Positions 19,500 through 30,081 of a stretch of DNA of 64,000 bases are shown here, piece by piece. A program made the position numbers and the translations under genes. The stretch comes from Candidatus Gastranaerophilales bacterium (GTDB lineage Bacteria > Cyanobacteriota > Vampirovibrionia > Gastranaerophilales > Gastranaerophilaceae): NCBI GenBank assembly GCA_905234865.1, contig CAJOJE010000001.1, positions 114,021 to 178,020 of the forward strand, written 5' to 3'. How positions within the stretch are numbered: position 1 is the stretch's first letter; each line of letters begins with the position of its first letter. Under the pieces are notes generated by a model. The model did not search any database, had not been told where the DNA came from, and was given only the letters and a program-made list of their open reading frames with translations.

Positions 19500-21794
19500 A
19501 TGACGTACAATAAGATTATATCTGTCGTAAAACGTGACGGAACAAACGAGGAATTAAAAGTTAAAAAAATAAAAGACATTATTAAACTGGCTTGCAGAAA
19601 TCTTGATGTTGATCCTTTGGAACTTGAAATGGAAGCAGGGTTGCAATTCAGAGATAATATGCAGACCGTTGAAATTCAGCAAATTTTAATTAAAACGGCA
19701 TCCGAGATGGTAACAAAAGACCCTAAAACCCATGGTTGGATTAAAGTTGCAAGAAATCTTCTGTTGTATGAAATAATAAGAAGCGCAATGCTTATAAGAA
19801 ATTACGATACGTACGGCTACGGGGATTTTTACGAATTAATCAAAACCGGTGTCGAAAAAGAATATTATGATAAAAGACTTTTAAATTATTCAAAAGAAGA
19901 AATTATCGAATTTCAAAATTATATCAAAAAAGAACGTGACCTGAATTTAACATACGCAGGGTTAAATCAGCTTAAAACAAGGTATCTCCTGAACCAAATC
20001 GGTGAGCTTCCGCAGGAGATGTTTATGTTAATTTCCATGTTCTTGGCGCTTCCCGTTCCCGTCAGCGAGAGAAAACAATTTATTTTAAGGAATTACAATC
20101 ATTTATCAAATTTGGAATATATGATGGCAACGCCCTCACTGTCTGCAAGAAAAAAGGATAGAAACCTTGCTTCCTGCAATGTCATTTCGGTTGATGACAA
20201 TATTGAATCAATAATGGATACTTACAGAATTTCAGGGTTATTATCCAAAGGCGGAGCGGGGATAGGTTCTTATTGGGGAAGAATAAGAGGAACGGGCGCA
20301 GAAATTCAGGGGCAAAAAGGATGCGCCAATAATATTTCAAGTTGGCTTCGTATTTTAAACGATATTGCCGTTTCCGTCGATCAACTCGGGCAGAGAAAAG
20401 GCGCTATATCCTGCACTTTAGATATTTGGCATATCGATATTTACGACTATCTTAATTTAAGGCGTGAAGCCGGCGATGAAAAATTGAAAGCCCATGAAAT
20501 TTTTCCTGCCGTTTCAATCCCGAGATTGTTTTTGAAGAGGGTTGAAACAAATTCTAAATTCACTTTGTTTGACCCGTATTACGTTAAAAAAACCTTAACA
20601 AAAATCGGTACGATAAACGGAATTAACGTTAAAAACAAAACACTTGCCGATTTTTACGGCGATGAATTTGAAGCTGTTTACAACTATATTGAAAATCTTG
20701 ACGTTGAAAACTCTAAAACAATTCAGGCGCTCGATTTGGCTAAATTTTTAATCGCTTCAATGTATGAAACGGGGGCAACTTTCGTTTGTTTCAGAGATAC
20801 GGTTAATGAAGCAAACCCCAATAAACATAAAGGAATTATAGAATGCCTTAATTTGTGTACGGAAATTGCTCAAAATACGGGTGCTTTGTCTGATTTTAAG
20901 CAAGAGCTTGACGGTGACAAAATAAAAATCGAATATAAGACTAAAGGCGTTGTTCAATGCAATTTGGCAAGTTTAAATTTAACAAAAATAACCGATGATA
21001 TTTCCCTTCAAAAAACGGTAAAAGATGCGGTTATTGCTCTTAATTCGGTAATTGATATGCAGCATAATTCAATTCCCGAAACAAAATTTCATAACGAAAA
21101 ATATCGTGCAATCGGTCTTGGGGTTTGCGGATATCATTCCTACCTTGCAAAAAATACGACAATGTTTGAATCCGAGAAAAATCTTGAACTGACAGACATT
21201 CTTTTTGAAAAAATCGCTTATTACACAATTAAAGCTTCAATGGAACTTGCAAGAGATTTCGGAAAGTCTTATGAATATTTTGAAAATTCAGACTGGCAAA
21301 AAGGAATTTGGTTTAACAGAAGAATTGAAGAAATTCATGCCGACTCAAAAGCCGATTTGGATTGGATTGGACTTTATAATTTAGTACAAATGTTCGGATT
21401 GTATAACGGTTATTTGCTTGCTATTGCTCCGACCGCTTCAATTTCTCTTATATTGGGCGTATCACCGGGGATTGACCCCGTTGAAGGCGGTTTTTACATA
21501 GAACGAAACGCAAACGGCAATATACCGATTGTTATGCCGTATTATGAAGAATGTCCTCTTGCGTATAAATCAAGATTTTTTATTAATCCCGAATTTATTA
21601 TAAAAGCAACGTCAATCCGCCAAAAATGGATTGATCAGGCACAATCCATGAATTTATTTTTAGACAGGAATAAGGTAACGGGTAAAATTATTTTGGATTA
21701 TATTATAAAAGCCTCCGATTCGGGCGTTAAATCAATGTATTATATGAGAACAAAACGTCCCGATGAAATTACTTGCGTTAATTGTGAAAGTTAG
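19500..21794 (+). CDS. nrdA: ribonucleoside-diphosphate reductase alpha subunit (class Ia)
   Basis: Start set at the ATG at 19500. N-terminal ATP-cone (VVKRDGTNEELKVKKI), active-site region (NLCTEI..) and C-terminal Cys pair (CVNCES). Confidence 0.92.
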   Translation: MTYNKIISVVKRDGTNEELKVKKIKDIIKLACRNLDVDPLELEMEAGLQFRDNMQTVEIQQILIKTASEMVTKDPKTHGWIKVARNLLLYEIIRSAMLIRNYDTYGYGDFYELIKTGVEKEYYDKRLLNYSKEEIIEFQNYIKKERDLNLTYAGLNQLKTRYLLNQIGELPQEMFMLISMFLALPVPVSERKQFILRNYNHLSNLEYMMATPSLSARKKDRNLASCNVISVDDNIESIMDTYRISGLLSKGGAGIGSYWGRIRGTGAEIQGQKGCANNISSWLRILNDIAVSVDQLGQRKGAISCTLDIWHIDIYDYLNLRREAGDEKLKAHEIFPAVSIPRLFLKRVETNSKFTLFDPYYVKKTLTKIGTINGINVKNKTLADFYGDEFEAVYNYIENLDVENSKTIQALDLAKFLIASMYETGATFVCFRDTVNEANPNKHKGIIECLNLCTEIAQNTGALSDFKQELDGDKIKIEYKTKGVVQCNLASLNLTKITDDISLQKTVKDAVIALNSVIDMQHNSIPETKFHNEKYRAIGLGVCGYHSYLAKNTTMFESEKNLELTDILFEKIAYYTIKASMELARDFGKSYEYFENSDWQKGIWFNRRIEEIHADSKADLDWIGLYNLVQMFGLYNGYLLAIAPTASISLILGVSPGIDPVEGGFYIERNANGNIPIVMPYYEECPLAYKSRFFINPEFIIKATSIRQKWIDQAQSMNLFLDRNKVTGKIILDYIIKASDSGVKSMYYMRTKRPDEITCVNCES

Positions 21795-21806
21795 AAGGAT
21801 ATAAAT

Positions 21807-22877
21807 ATGAATACGACAATAAATCAGGATATTAAAAGAAAAGTTTTATTTAACCCGGATGGAGAAAGAGACGCCTTGAAATTAACTTTTATAGGTGCCG
21901 ATACAAATAATCTTTTACAGCTTGCTAAAACAAAATATCCGATTATGAGAAAACTGTACGAAACTCAAATGTTTCAAAATTGGCTTCCGCAAAGAATTTC
22001 AATGGTAGAAGACAAGGTGCAGTATTATGATGTTATGAATAATTACGAGAGAAGATTTTTGGACAAGCTCTTATCCTTTCTGATTTTTCTTGATTCAATT
22101 CAAACAAATCACCTTGCAACAATGCTTCAATATGTAACGGAACCCGTTTTAACCGCTTGTCTTGCGGAACAGGCAAGATTTGAAGCACTTCATTCATATT
22201 CATATACATATATGCTTGAATCAATCGTAACGCCGTCTGAGCTTGATGATATCATTTATCAATGGAAAGACGATGAAATTATGCTTACCAGAAATAAATT
22301 TATTGCGGAACAATACGAAGAATTTTATTCTAATCCTACAAAAGACGGCTTTTTAAAACTTCTGTTTTCAAATTATCTTTTAGAATCAATTTATTTTTAT
22401 TCGGGATTTGTCGGTGTTCATCTATTGGGAAGAAAGGGAATCATGCTCGGCGTTGATGAAATTATAACCTTAATTCAAAAGGATGAATTGTTACATATAA
22501 GTATTTTTCAACAATTGATTAAAATATTCAAAGATGAAAACCCTGATGTTTATGAAAAAAATAAACATATTTTTGTTCCGATGATGAAAACGGCGGTTGA
22601 ACAGGAAATTGCCTTCGGGCAGCATATAACCGATAATCAAATATTAGGTACCAATAACAAAAAAATCGAACAATATATCAAATGGCTTTCAAATAAAAGA
22701 ATGTCGACGCTTTCTGCCGTTGTGGGCGATTCGGATATTATTCCTCTTTATCCCGATATTACGGAAAATCCTATGAAATGGACCGAAAAATACGATGAAA
22801 ACGGGTTTGCCAATAATAATTTCTTTGAAAATAACGTAACTGATTATGAACAAGGAGACAGTTTGTCTTGGGATTAA
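21807..22877 (+). CDS. nrdB: ribonucleoside-diphosphate reductase beta subunit
   Basis: Di-iron/tyrosyl ligand pattern (E..H repeats: ARFEALHSYSY, KDELLHISIF), 356 aa, immediately downstream of nrdA. Confidence 0.9.
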   Translation: MNTTINQDIKRKVLFNPDGERDALKLTFIGADTNNLLQLAKTKYPIMRKLYETQMFQNWLPQRISMVEDKVQYYDVMNNYERRFLDKLLSFLIFLDSIQTNHLATMLQYVTEPVLTACLAEQARFEALHSYSYTYMLESIVTPSELDDIIYQWKDDEIMLTRNKFIAEQYEEFYSNPTKDGFLKLLFSNYLLESIYFYSGFVGVHLLGRKGIMLGVDEIITLIQKDELLHISIFQQLIKIFKDENPDVYEKNKHIFVPMMKTAVEQEIAFGQHITDNQILGTNNKKIEQYIKWLSNKRMSTLSAVVGDSDIIPLYPDITENPMKWTEKYDENGFANNNFFENNVTDYEQGDSLSWD

Positions 22878-22896
22878 TAATCAAATCAAAAAATAA

Positions 22897-22924
22897 AAAC
22901 GGGTATTTTCTACCCGTTTTTTAT
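22897..22924 (+). terminator. rho-independent terminator after nrdB
   Basis: AAAACGGGTA / TACCCGTTTT stem followed by a T-run. Confidence 0.75.
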
Positions 22925-23132
22925 TCCTAAAATCCTTTTAATGTTGAGTTTCCTAATTATTGTGTCTGTTTAAAACCTCTAAAAAATATTTTTTGCAAAT
23001 TTCGATTTTTATGTAAATTTTTGTAAAGAATAATAAAGTATAATCCCGAAATTGACGAAATGTATTCCTGTAAGGTTGATATTTTTCCACATTTTATTAA
23101 ATAGGATTATGAAAGGTTAAAAACAGGCTAAA

Positions 23133-23648
23133 ATGAGCATAAATTCCGTTTCACAGGCAATGTCGGCATCAAGTTGGGGAGTAAGCGCAATAAGGCTTCC
23201 TGAAGATATTATTCAAAAACTTATTGAGCTCGGGTATAATCCAAATGAAGTTACGACATTGGCGCAGGCTAAAGATTTAATTCAAAAATCCGAAAATCAA
23301 GCACAAAATAACTCTAATTCAAACTCAAAACAAAATAAAAGTGATGATAATAAGGATAACCCCGCTTTATATTTGAGGGCAAAAAATCTTGCGCAAAAAA
23401 TGGGATTAAATGTCGGCAGCAATCTTACCTTAGATGATATTTTATCCAAAATTTCGGATGAATCGGATAAAATTATGAAAAAAGCCGTTGACTGTAACGA
23501 CAGATTGCTTTTTGAAAAGGCAAAAATGTTTAAATCGGAATTACAATCGCTTCAAGAAGATGTAAACGGCGGCGGTATTTCTAACGGAATCGTGTATTCA
23601 TATATGGATATGATTGCAAAACAAAATAAATTAGCTCTTGGACTATAA
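23133..23648 (+). CDS. hypothetical protein (N-terminal MSINSVSQ motif)
   Basis: 171 aa with an N/S/Q-rich linker and no signal peptide. No recognisable family. Confidence 0.5.
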   Translation: MSINSVSQAMSASSWGVSAIRLPEDIIQKLIELGYNPNEVTTLAQAKDLIQKSENQAQNNSNSNSKQNKSDDNKDNPALYLRAKNLAQKMGLNVGSNLTLDDILSKISDESDKIMKKAVDCNDRLLFEKAKMFKSELQSLQEDVNGGGISNGIVYSYMDMIAKQNKLALGL

Positions 23649-23710
23649 TAAAATTTTACATTATTTGTTTTTCTTCATGGTATAATTCTTTTATTAACGG
23701 GGAGTTATAT

Positions 23711-26700
23711 ATGAAGATAAATAAATGGGTTATTGGTATCCTTTCTTTTCCTGTCGTGATTTATGCCGTTTTTTTATTGATACCTTTTTTTACGGGTTCT
23801 TTACTCGATAAAATCTCTACGGATATAAAAAAACAAATTAAAAATCAAACGGGAATCAATATCGAAATAACCGAATCAAGACTTGTTACGACGCCAAAAT
23901 TAACCGTTGGCATCAAACTGAAAAATTTAAAAGCGGATGAAAACGGCAGAAATTTTCTTAATCTTGATAATGCACAGGTAAAAATGTCATTATTACCTCT
24001 TTTATTGAAAAAGGTTGAACTGGACATAATAAGCGCCGATAACGTTAATTTGAATTTATATGTTAAAAAAGACGGTAATTTTACTTTATCCGACATTGAA
24101 GTTAAAAGCGCCGATAATGCCGAGAGCACTACGGCAAATGCCGGTTCGGACAACTCTTTATTGCCTTTCGGGCTGCATTTATCAAACCGTTTGCCTGATA
24201 TAAGGATTAAAAATTATAAAGTTGCCTTTATTGATGCCGAAACGTCTAAAAGTTATTCAATCGAAGGGAATAATGCTAATTTATGGGATTTTATAATTAA
24301 TAAAAGCGTAAAATTTGAAACTAACGGAAAAATGATTTTAGACGGATTTGTTCCGTTTAACTATAATGTTAAACTTGCAAATTATATTATGCCGAATCTT
24401 TCTTTGGAGGAGTTAATTGCTTCCGGTAATAACGATAGCGAGCAGAATACAGTCCAAAATACCCAAAATTTTAATATAATAGATACGTTTAAGTTAATTA
24501 AAGATAATAAAATCACAACCGATTTTACGGCAGATTTAACCGTAAAAGGAAATTCTTCCGAACCTTTAATAAAAGGTAAGGCTAACATTTCCGATTTTTC
24601 GATTTTGATAAACGGAAAATCATTGCCAAAATCGAATGCTGATATAGAATTTAACGATAATTCCTATAAGATATCTTCTTCAATTTATACATCTCAAAAT
24701 GAAACAACAAATGTAAACGGAACGATTAAAACGGGAAAAAACCCGAATATTGATATGAAAATTAAATCTAATGCCGCTTTAAGTTCGATTTTTGAAATTG
24801 CAAATTATTTTGCGCAAATTGCGGGAATTAACGATTTAAAAACTATCAGTGCAAAAGGAACGTTAGATGTGGATTTTAGTATTAAATCAGACCTGAAAAA
24901 CATCACATCCGACGGTCACATTAAATTAAATAACGGTTATATTTATTACGGATTGTACGATGTTCAATTAAAAGACATTATTGCGGATATAATTCTTGAT
25001 AATAATTCCGTTAATATAAACAGGCTCGGTTTTTCGACCTATTCAATACCTTTAAGCATAGCGGGTAAAATTTCTAAAGACTCTGCCTGCAATATTTCAA
25101 TCAACACTGCTTCTCTTCCTATAAAAGGTTTATTGGTTTCATTGGGGCAGGCTGCAATTTTAAAAGAAAATCCGATATCAAGCGGTACTCTTTCGATTTC
25201 ATCAAAAATTGAAGGTAAATTACAATCTCCGCAAATATCGGGAGATATTAATATAAATAACTTTAATGTCAAAAATATTCCGTCTGATACCGTATTATCG
25301 TTTAGTCCTGCAAATATCAGGCTTAAAACGACTAAAAACGGATATACGGGCACTTTTGACGCTTCTTCGATTGTTATTAATAACCCTGCGCTAAAAGTTA
25401 CGGCGCCGAATGTCAAAGGTGCAGTTGACGAAAAAACAATTGTATTATCAGACACAAAGGTTTCGGCAGAAAAAAATAATTTTACTTTAAACGGCAAAAT
25501 AACGGATTATATGACCGATAAAATCGGACTTGATTTTAATACGACAGGAAACCTGACATCAAATTTGAAAGGGTCCGTCAATCCGAATAAAATGACCGCC
25601 GATTTAATTTATTCCGTACCCGACGTTTCAACACTCGTGATACCGGGTTTTGATAAATCATTATTAAAATTTTCCGGAAATACTGCTATATCGGGTAAAT
25701 TTGATAATCTTATTCTAAAAGGCGAATTTAAAGTCCCTTCTCTTAATATACCCGAAATACCCGTTAATATGAAAAATATAACCGCAAAATTAAACGGCTC
25801 CATTCTTTCAGGAGATGTTATTTTAGATGAATTCACTTCAGGTACGATAAAAGCAACCGATATTAAATCTGATTACAAATTGTCGGGTAATTTGTTTTAC
25901 TTGAATAATCTTCAAGGAACAGCTTATGACGGTAAATTTAACGGAAATATCGAGTATAATATCGCAACCGCCAAAACCAAAGTTAAACTCAAAGGCGAAA
26001 ATATGACCGCACTTAAAGCAATTGAAGGCGCAGTAGGAATTAAGAACGCACTTAGCGGCACGTTAGGGTTTAATGTCGGTGTAAATTTATTTTGTAAAGA
26101 TTACAATGAAATGATGAAGAGTCTTTTAGGAAACGCTGATTTTGAGATAGCAAACGGAGTATTTCTGAATTTAGGCGGTTTGGATATGCTGATTTCGGCA
26201 CAGAACATTCTCTCTAATACCGTATTAAATTCTACCGTATCAAAGGTTAAAGGCTTATCAACCGTAAAATCCGCTTCCGAATTTTCATATATTAAAGGTA
26301 ATATTACATTTAAAAACGGCTATGCAAATTTATCCCCCGTTACGGTTCAAGGTCCGCTTATGGCATATCATGTGAGCGGTTCTTACAATCTGTTAAACGG
26401 TACCACAAACGTTATCGTTCTTGGAAGGCTTGCTTCAACCGTTGTTTCTGCTATGACGGGACTCGGTGATTTTGCGGTAGGTAAAATTACAAAGATTTCC
26501 CCTCTTTTTGCGAATTTAACTTCTCAAATCGCAAAACAAATGAATGAGTCACCTAACGGAATTGATTTATCCGTTATACCGTCTTTAAAATCATCTGATA
26601 CTCAATATAAAAATTTCAAGGTATTGTTTAACGGCGGAATTAACTCAAAAAGTTCCGTAAAATCCTTCAAGTGGTTAAATAACGTTGATACAACCGAGAT

Positions 26701-26905
26701 TGATAAACCCGCCGCAACAAATGCGACTTCCAAGACACAAAATGTTATTAATCAGGTTAAATCCACAGGTACTAACGTTCAAAACGTAATTAATTCCGTT
26801 AAAAACCAATCGGGAACGGAAATTAAAGAGCAAGTAAAAGAACAGGCAAAGCAGCAGGCAAAACAATTGTTTAACAGTCTGTTAAACGGTGCGAGCAATC
26901 AGTAA
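23711..26905 (+). CDS. AsmA family envelope protein
   Basis: 1064 aa with a single N-terminal TM helix, a long beta-rich repetitive body and an AsmA-like C-terminal region (..GNITFKNGYANLSPVTVQGPLMAYHVSGSYNL..). Confidence 0.75.
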   Translation: MKINKWVIGILSFPVVIYAVFLLIPFFTGSLLDKISTDIKKQIKNQTGINIEITESRLVTTPKLTVGIKLKNLKADENGRNFLNLDNAQVKMSLLPLLLKKVELDIISADNVNLNLYVKKDGNFTLSDIEVKSADNAESTTANAGSDNSLLPFGLHLSNRLPDIRIKNYKVAFIDAETSKSYSIEGNNANLWDFIINKSVKFETNGKMILDGFVPFNYNVKLANYIMPNLSLEELIASGNNDSEQNTVQNTQNFNIIDTFKLIKDNKITTDFTADLTVKGNSSEPLIKGKANISDFSILINGKSLPKSNADIEFNDNSYKISSSIYTSQNETTNVNGTIKTGKNPNIDMKIKSNAALSSIFEIANYFAQIAGINDLKTISAKGTLDVDFSIKSDLKNITSDGHIKLNNGYIYYGLYDVQLKDIIADIILDNNSVNINRLGFSTYSIPLSIAGKISKDSACNISINTASLPIKGLLVSLGQAAILKENPISSGTLSISSKIEGKLQSPQISGDININNFNVKNIPSDTVLSFSPANIRLKTTKNGYTGTFDASSIVINNPALKVTAPNVKGAVDEKTIVLSDTKVSAEKNNFTLNGKITDYMTDKIGLDFNTTGNLTSNLKGSVNPNKMTADLIYSVPDVSTLVIPGFDKSLLKFSGNTAISGKFDNLILKGEFKVPSLNIPEIPVNMKNITAKLNGSILSGDVILDEFTSGTIKATDIKSDYKLSGNLFYLNNLQGTAYDGKFNGNIEYNIATAKTKVKLKGENMTALKAIEGAVGIKNALSGTLGFNVGVNLFCKDYNEMMKSLLGNADFEIANGVFLNLGGLDMLISAQNILSNTVLNSTVSKVKGLSTVKSASEFSYIKGNITFKNGYANLSPVTVQGPLMAYHVSGSYNLLNGTTNVIVLGRLASTVVSAMTGLGDFAVGKITKISPLFANLTSQIAKQMNESPNGIDLSVIPSLKSSDTQYKNFKVLFNGGINSKSSVKSFKWLNNVDTTEIDKPAATNATSKTQNVINQVKSTGTNVQNVINSVKNQSGTEIKEQVKEQAKQQAKQLFNSLLNGASNQ

Positions 26906-26923
26906 ATTGAAAGGATATTACTT

Positions 26924-27400
26924 ATGAAAAAAACAAACATTTTACTATCATCATTAATTTTGGCAACGGGACTTGTAATCGGCTTAACCGTTAATACTCC
27001 GGCGCATTCCGATACTTCAAACGGAGTTATGAAAATTGCCGTAATTGATGTTCCTCAGGTTGTTGCTCAATCTGCACAAGTTCAAGCATTAAAAAAAGAC
27101 GAGCAGGCTAAAAAAGCTGAACTTGAAAAATGGTTAAAAACCGTAAAAGCTGATGTTGATAAACAACAAACAAAAGAAGGTAAAGAAAAATTAATCAAAA
27201 AGTATGACGCTGAATTTGCAAAAAAAGCAAATGCCAATAAAGAAGCTTACGTTAAAAGATTGAGCGAAATTGACGCAAGCATATCGTCTACAATAGTTGA
27301 ACAAGCTAAAATTAAAGGATATGACTTGGTTTTGGCTAAATCAACAGTTTTATACGGCGGCGATGACATTACCAAAGAAATATCAAAAGTTGTTAAATAA
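26924..27400 (+). CDS. skp: OmpH/Skp family periplasmic chaperone
   Basis: 158 aa with a signal peptide, a MKIAVIDV..V start to the mature protein and a K/E-rich coiled-coil arm. Confidence 0.85.
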   Translation: MKKTNILLSSLILATGLVIGLTVNTPAHSDTSNGVMKIAVIDVPQVVAQSAQVQALKKDEQAKKAELEKWLKTVKADVDKQQTKEGKEKLIKKYDAEFAKKANANKEAYVKRLSEIDASISSTIVEQAKIKGYDLVLAKSTVLYGGDDITKEISKVVK

Positions 27401-27408
27401 AAGATTTT

Positions 27409-27436
27409 GAGCGCTTTTTTAAGCGCTCTTTTTTTT
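27409..27436 (+). terminator. rho-independent terminator after skp
   Basis: GAGCGCTT / AAGCGCTC stem followed by T8. Confidence 0.75.
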
Positions 27437-27439
27437 AAA

Positions 27440-30076
27440 ATGATGTCAAACAAAATATTAAAAATTTTCAGGATTATTTTTCTCATTTTTTGCATTATAT
27501 ATTTAATGCTTATCTTTTTTCTGCCGAAGTTTTTAAACTCTTATACGTTTAAAAAAAGCTTTATAGCGTTTATTCAATCTAAAACCGATAAAAACACCGA
27601 ATGCGGCGATATTATTTTTTCAATTTCCCCAAACCTTAATTTAAAAGGATATTTTAAAAGGATAAATATAACCGAAAAAGACGATTTTAACTTAACTTTA
27701 AACGGTTTAACCTTCAGCTTATCGCCATTCAATAAAGGCTCCCATGCAAAAATTTTCATAGAAAATTTACAATATAAAAATATTTTTCTCAACGACCCTA
27801 ATTCAGATGAAGGGAAAAGTAAATTCAATCCTAAAATTTTAAAACCCGATTTTAGTAAACTTCCGGATATTTTTATAAAAAAGGCGGATTTGGAACTCGG
27901 GATATCGGGTAAGTCTAATTATAATATAATAATTACAAATTTAAGGCTGCATAATTTTTTAGATACAAAATCGCTAAGATTTAACCTTGGCGCCAAATCA
28001 AGATTTTTTACGTCCCCGATTGTCATTACGGACGATAATACTCTATATTTTTCAAAAACCGGATTATCAAGCGATAATTTTATGATTAATTTCGGCAAAT
28101 CCGGCGCTATATTGTCGGGTATAATTTACGACTACGTAAACGGCTCAGATTTTAATTTAATCGGCATTAATTTACCCGTTAAAGAATTAGAACATGCTTA
28201 TCTTTTAATTTCCGAACAATTTAATCCGAGAAAAAATTTCATTGAAAATTTTCAAAATTTTTCCGGCAACATGGACGTATTCTTGGACTTCGACAATAAA
28301 AAGATAAAAGGTCACGCCGTTATAAAAGATTTAAGAGCAAATACCGTTTTATTCAATATTCCGATTTATTTTAAAAGAGCAAAATTTATTTTCGACGGCA
28401 ACGACATACATTTATCCGAAAATGCGCTTCTGGGCGGTGAGAAAACAAACGTAACTTTTCTTTTAACGGGATTATATACTGATAATGTTGAAACTTTCGG
28501 TTCGGTTTCGTCAACTTTGGGAAGTGAATTTGCAAAAAAATATATAGAAAATTTAGATATTGAAGAAAGAATCTCTTTAAGCGTTGATTATTATATTAAA
28601 AATAAAGTTGTAGATGTTGTATATCAGGCAATTTTGGATAAAGGCTCCGATATTTCTTATTCGGGCGCTAAACTCGGGTTAATTGACCATAAAAGGTTAT
28701 TAACCGCTGTAACCGAGAAGCGGGGCGATAAAATCACCATGACAAGTTATGATTATTCGGCCGAAAACAATGCCCTATTAATAAAATTAATTTTCGGCAA
28801 TGCAGAATTTTCACGAAAAAACGGAAGATATTCAATAGATAAAATTACTGCCCAAACTCTTAAAGACGCACCTGTTTCGCTGCTCGGTTTTTTAGAAAAC
28901 AGGCTGCAGGGCGGATTTTTTAACGGAAATTTTATATACGATTTTAATTTTAAAAAATTTATAGGTTCAATTATTTTAAGTCAATCAAAATTTAACGGTT
29001 TTATTATTCAAGATGCCGCAATTTTCGGCAATGACAGTATTTTGTCCGTTTTAGCCGATGGAACATACAAAAATGAACCTTTTAGTGCTCAAATAGAACT
29101 TGAGAATAAATTTGTCAAAAATTTACATATAAGGAAACTCGATTTATTTCTAAAGCAATTCACCATGATATTAAACCGCCGTAAAAATAAAGAATTGTCG
29201 CCCGTAAATCTTGATAAAACCGTAAACTATTACCCGGACATTACGATTGATAACCTATCAATCAGGCTTGATAAATTTCTTCGAGGTAACTTGATAATTG
29301 AAAATATTTTAATTATCGGAAGCGTAAAAAATCATATTTTTGACTTTTCCGTTCCAAATGTTATATTTGCAGGCGGAAATATCAGTGCAAAAGGAATAGT
29401 AAATCTAAACAAAAAAAGATTTAAAGCTGATATAACAGCCGATAATATCGATTCGAATAAAGTTGCTTATCAGATTTTTAACTTGAAGGATACAATTGAA
29501 GGTAAAATGAACGCAAGACTCTCTCTTGAAGGCGGGAAATACGTCTCGACTTTTGTCGGAAAAGGCAGTTTTTCACTTAAAGAAGGAACTCTTACGAAAA
29601 TAAAAAATCATCAATTAATAAGCGAAGCAAAATTAAAATCGAATAAACTCGCAAATTTTGTATTTAACAGAATTAAAATTAAAACCGACAAAATAAATCC
29701 TTATTCAAATATTACGGGACATTTTGACTTGGCGGACAGAAAATTATCAAATATAAGGTTGTATGTTCAAAACAATTCTGTTTCCTTTTTTATAAAAGGA
29801 GATTATATACCTTATAACTCAAACGGTAATATTGATATTTGGGGCGCTTATGATGCAGAAATCGCCCAAAATATTTCATTTTTTAATATTCCGTTATCTT
29901 TTGTAAATAAAATTATTTGTAAAAAAATTATTCCCGATAAAAAAACTCTCGAAATAATCTCAAAAGTGCCAAAAATTAATGCAAACGGTGAATTCGTGAA
30001 AAATATATTAATCAAGCTTGAGGGAGATATTAATAATTATAAATCCCTCAAAGTTCGATTATACAGGTTTGAATAA
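27440..30076 (+). CDS. AsmA/TamB-like large envelope protein
   Basis: Start moved to the ATG at 27440, because the track start at 27407 lies inside the skp terminator. N-terminal TM helix and a long beta-rich body with AsmA-like segments (GKGSFSLKEGTLTKI). Confidence 0.6.
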   Translation: MMSNKILKIFRIIFLIFCIIYLMLIFFLPKFLNSYTFKKSFIAFIQSKTDKNTECGDIIFSISPNLNLKGYFKRINITEKDDFNLTLNGLTFSLSPFNKGSHAKIFIENLQYKNIFLNDPNSDEGKSKFNPKILKPDFSKLPDIFIKKADLELGISGKSNYNIIITNLRLHNFLDTKSLRFNLGAKSRFFTSPIVITDDNTLYFSKTGLSSDNFMINFGKSGAILSGIIYDYVNGSDFNLIGINLPVKELEHAYLLISEQFNPRKNFIENFQNFSGNMDVFLDFDNKKIKGHAVIKDLRANTVLFNIPIYFKRAKFIFDGNDIHLSENALLGGEKTNVTFLLTGLYTDNVETFGSVSSTLGSEFAKKYIENLDIEERISLSVDYYIKNKVVDVVYQAILDKGSDISYSGAKLGLIDHKRLLTAVTEKRGDKITMTSYDYSAENNALLIKLIFGNAEFSRKNGRYSIDKITAQTLKDAPVSLLGFLENRLQGGFFNGNFIYDFNFKKFIGSIILSQSKFNGFIIQDAAIFGNDSILSVLADGTYKNEPFSAQIELENKFVKNLHIRKLDLFLKQFTMILNRRKNKELSPVNLDKTVNYYPDITIDNLSIRLDKFLRGNLIIENILIIGSVKNHIFDFSVPNVIFAGGNISAKGIVNLNKKRFKADITADNIDSNKVAYQIFNLKDTIEGKMNARLSLEGGKYVSTFVGKGSFSLKEGTLTKIKNHQLISEAKLKSNKLANFVFNRIKIKTDKINPYSNITGHFDLADRKLSNIRLYVQNNSVSFFIKGDYIPYNSNGNIDIWGAYDAEIAQNISFFNIPLSFVNKIICKKIIPDKKTLEIISKVPKINANGEFVKNILIKLEGDINNYKSLKVRLYRFE

Positions 30077-30081
30077 TAATT

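Noticed and set aside
27407-27439. Track start codon of the 889-aa ORF at 27407
   Set aside because: Those first codons lie within the skp terminator hairpin and T-run. The ATG at 27440 begins the hydrophobic anchor and is the more plausible start.
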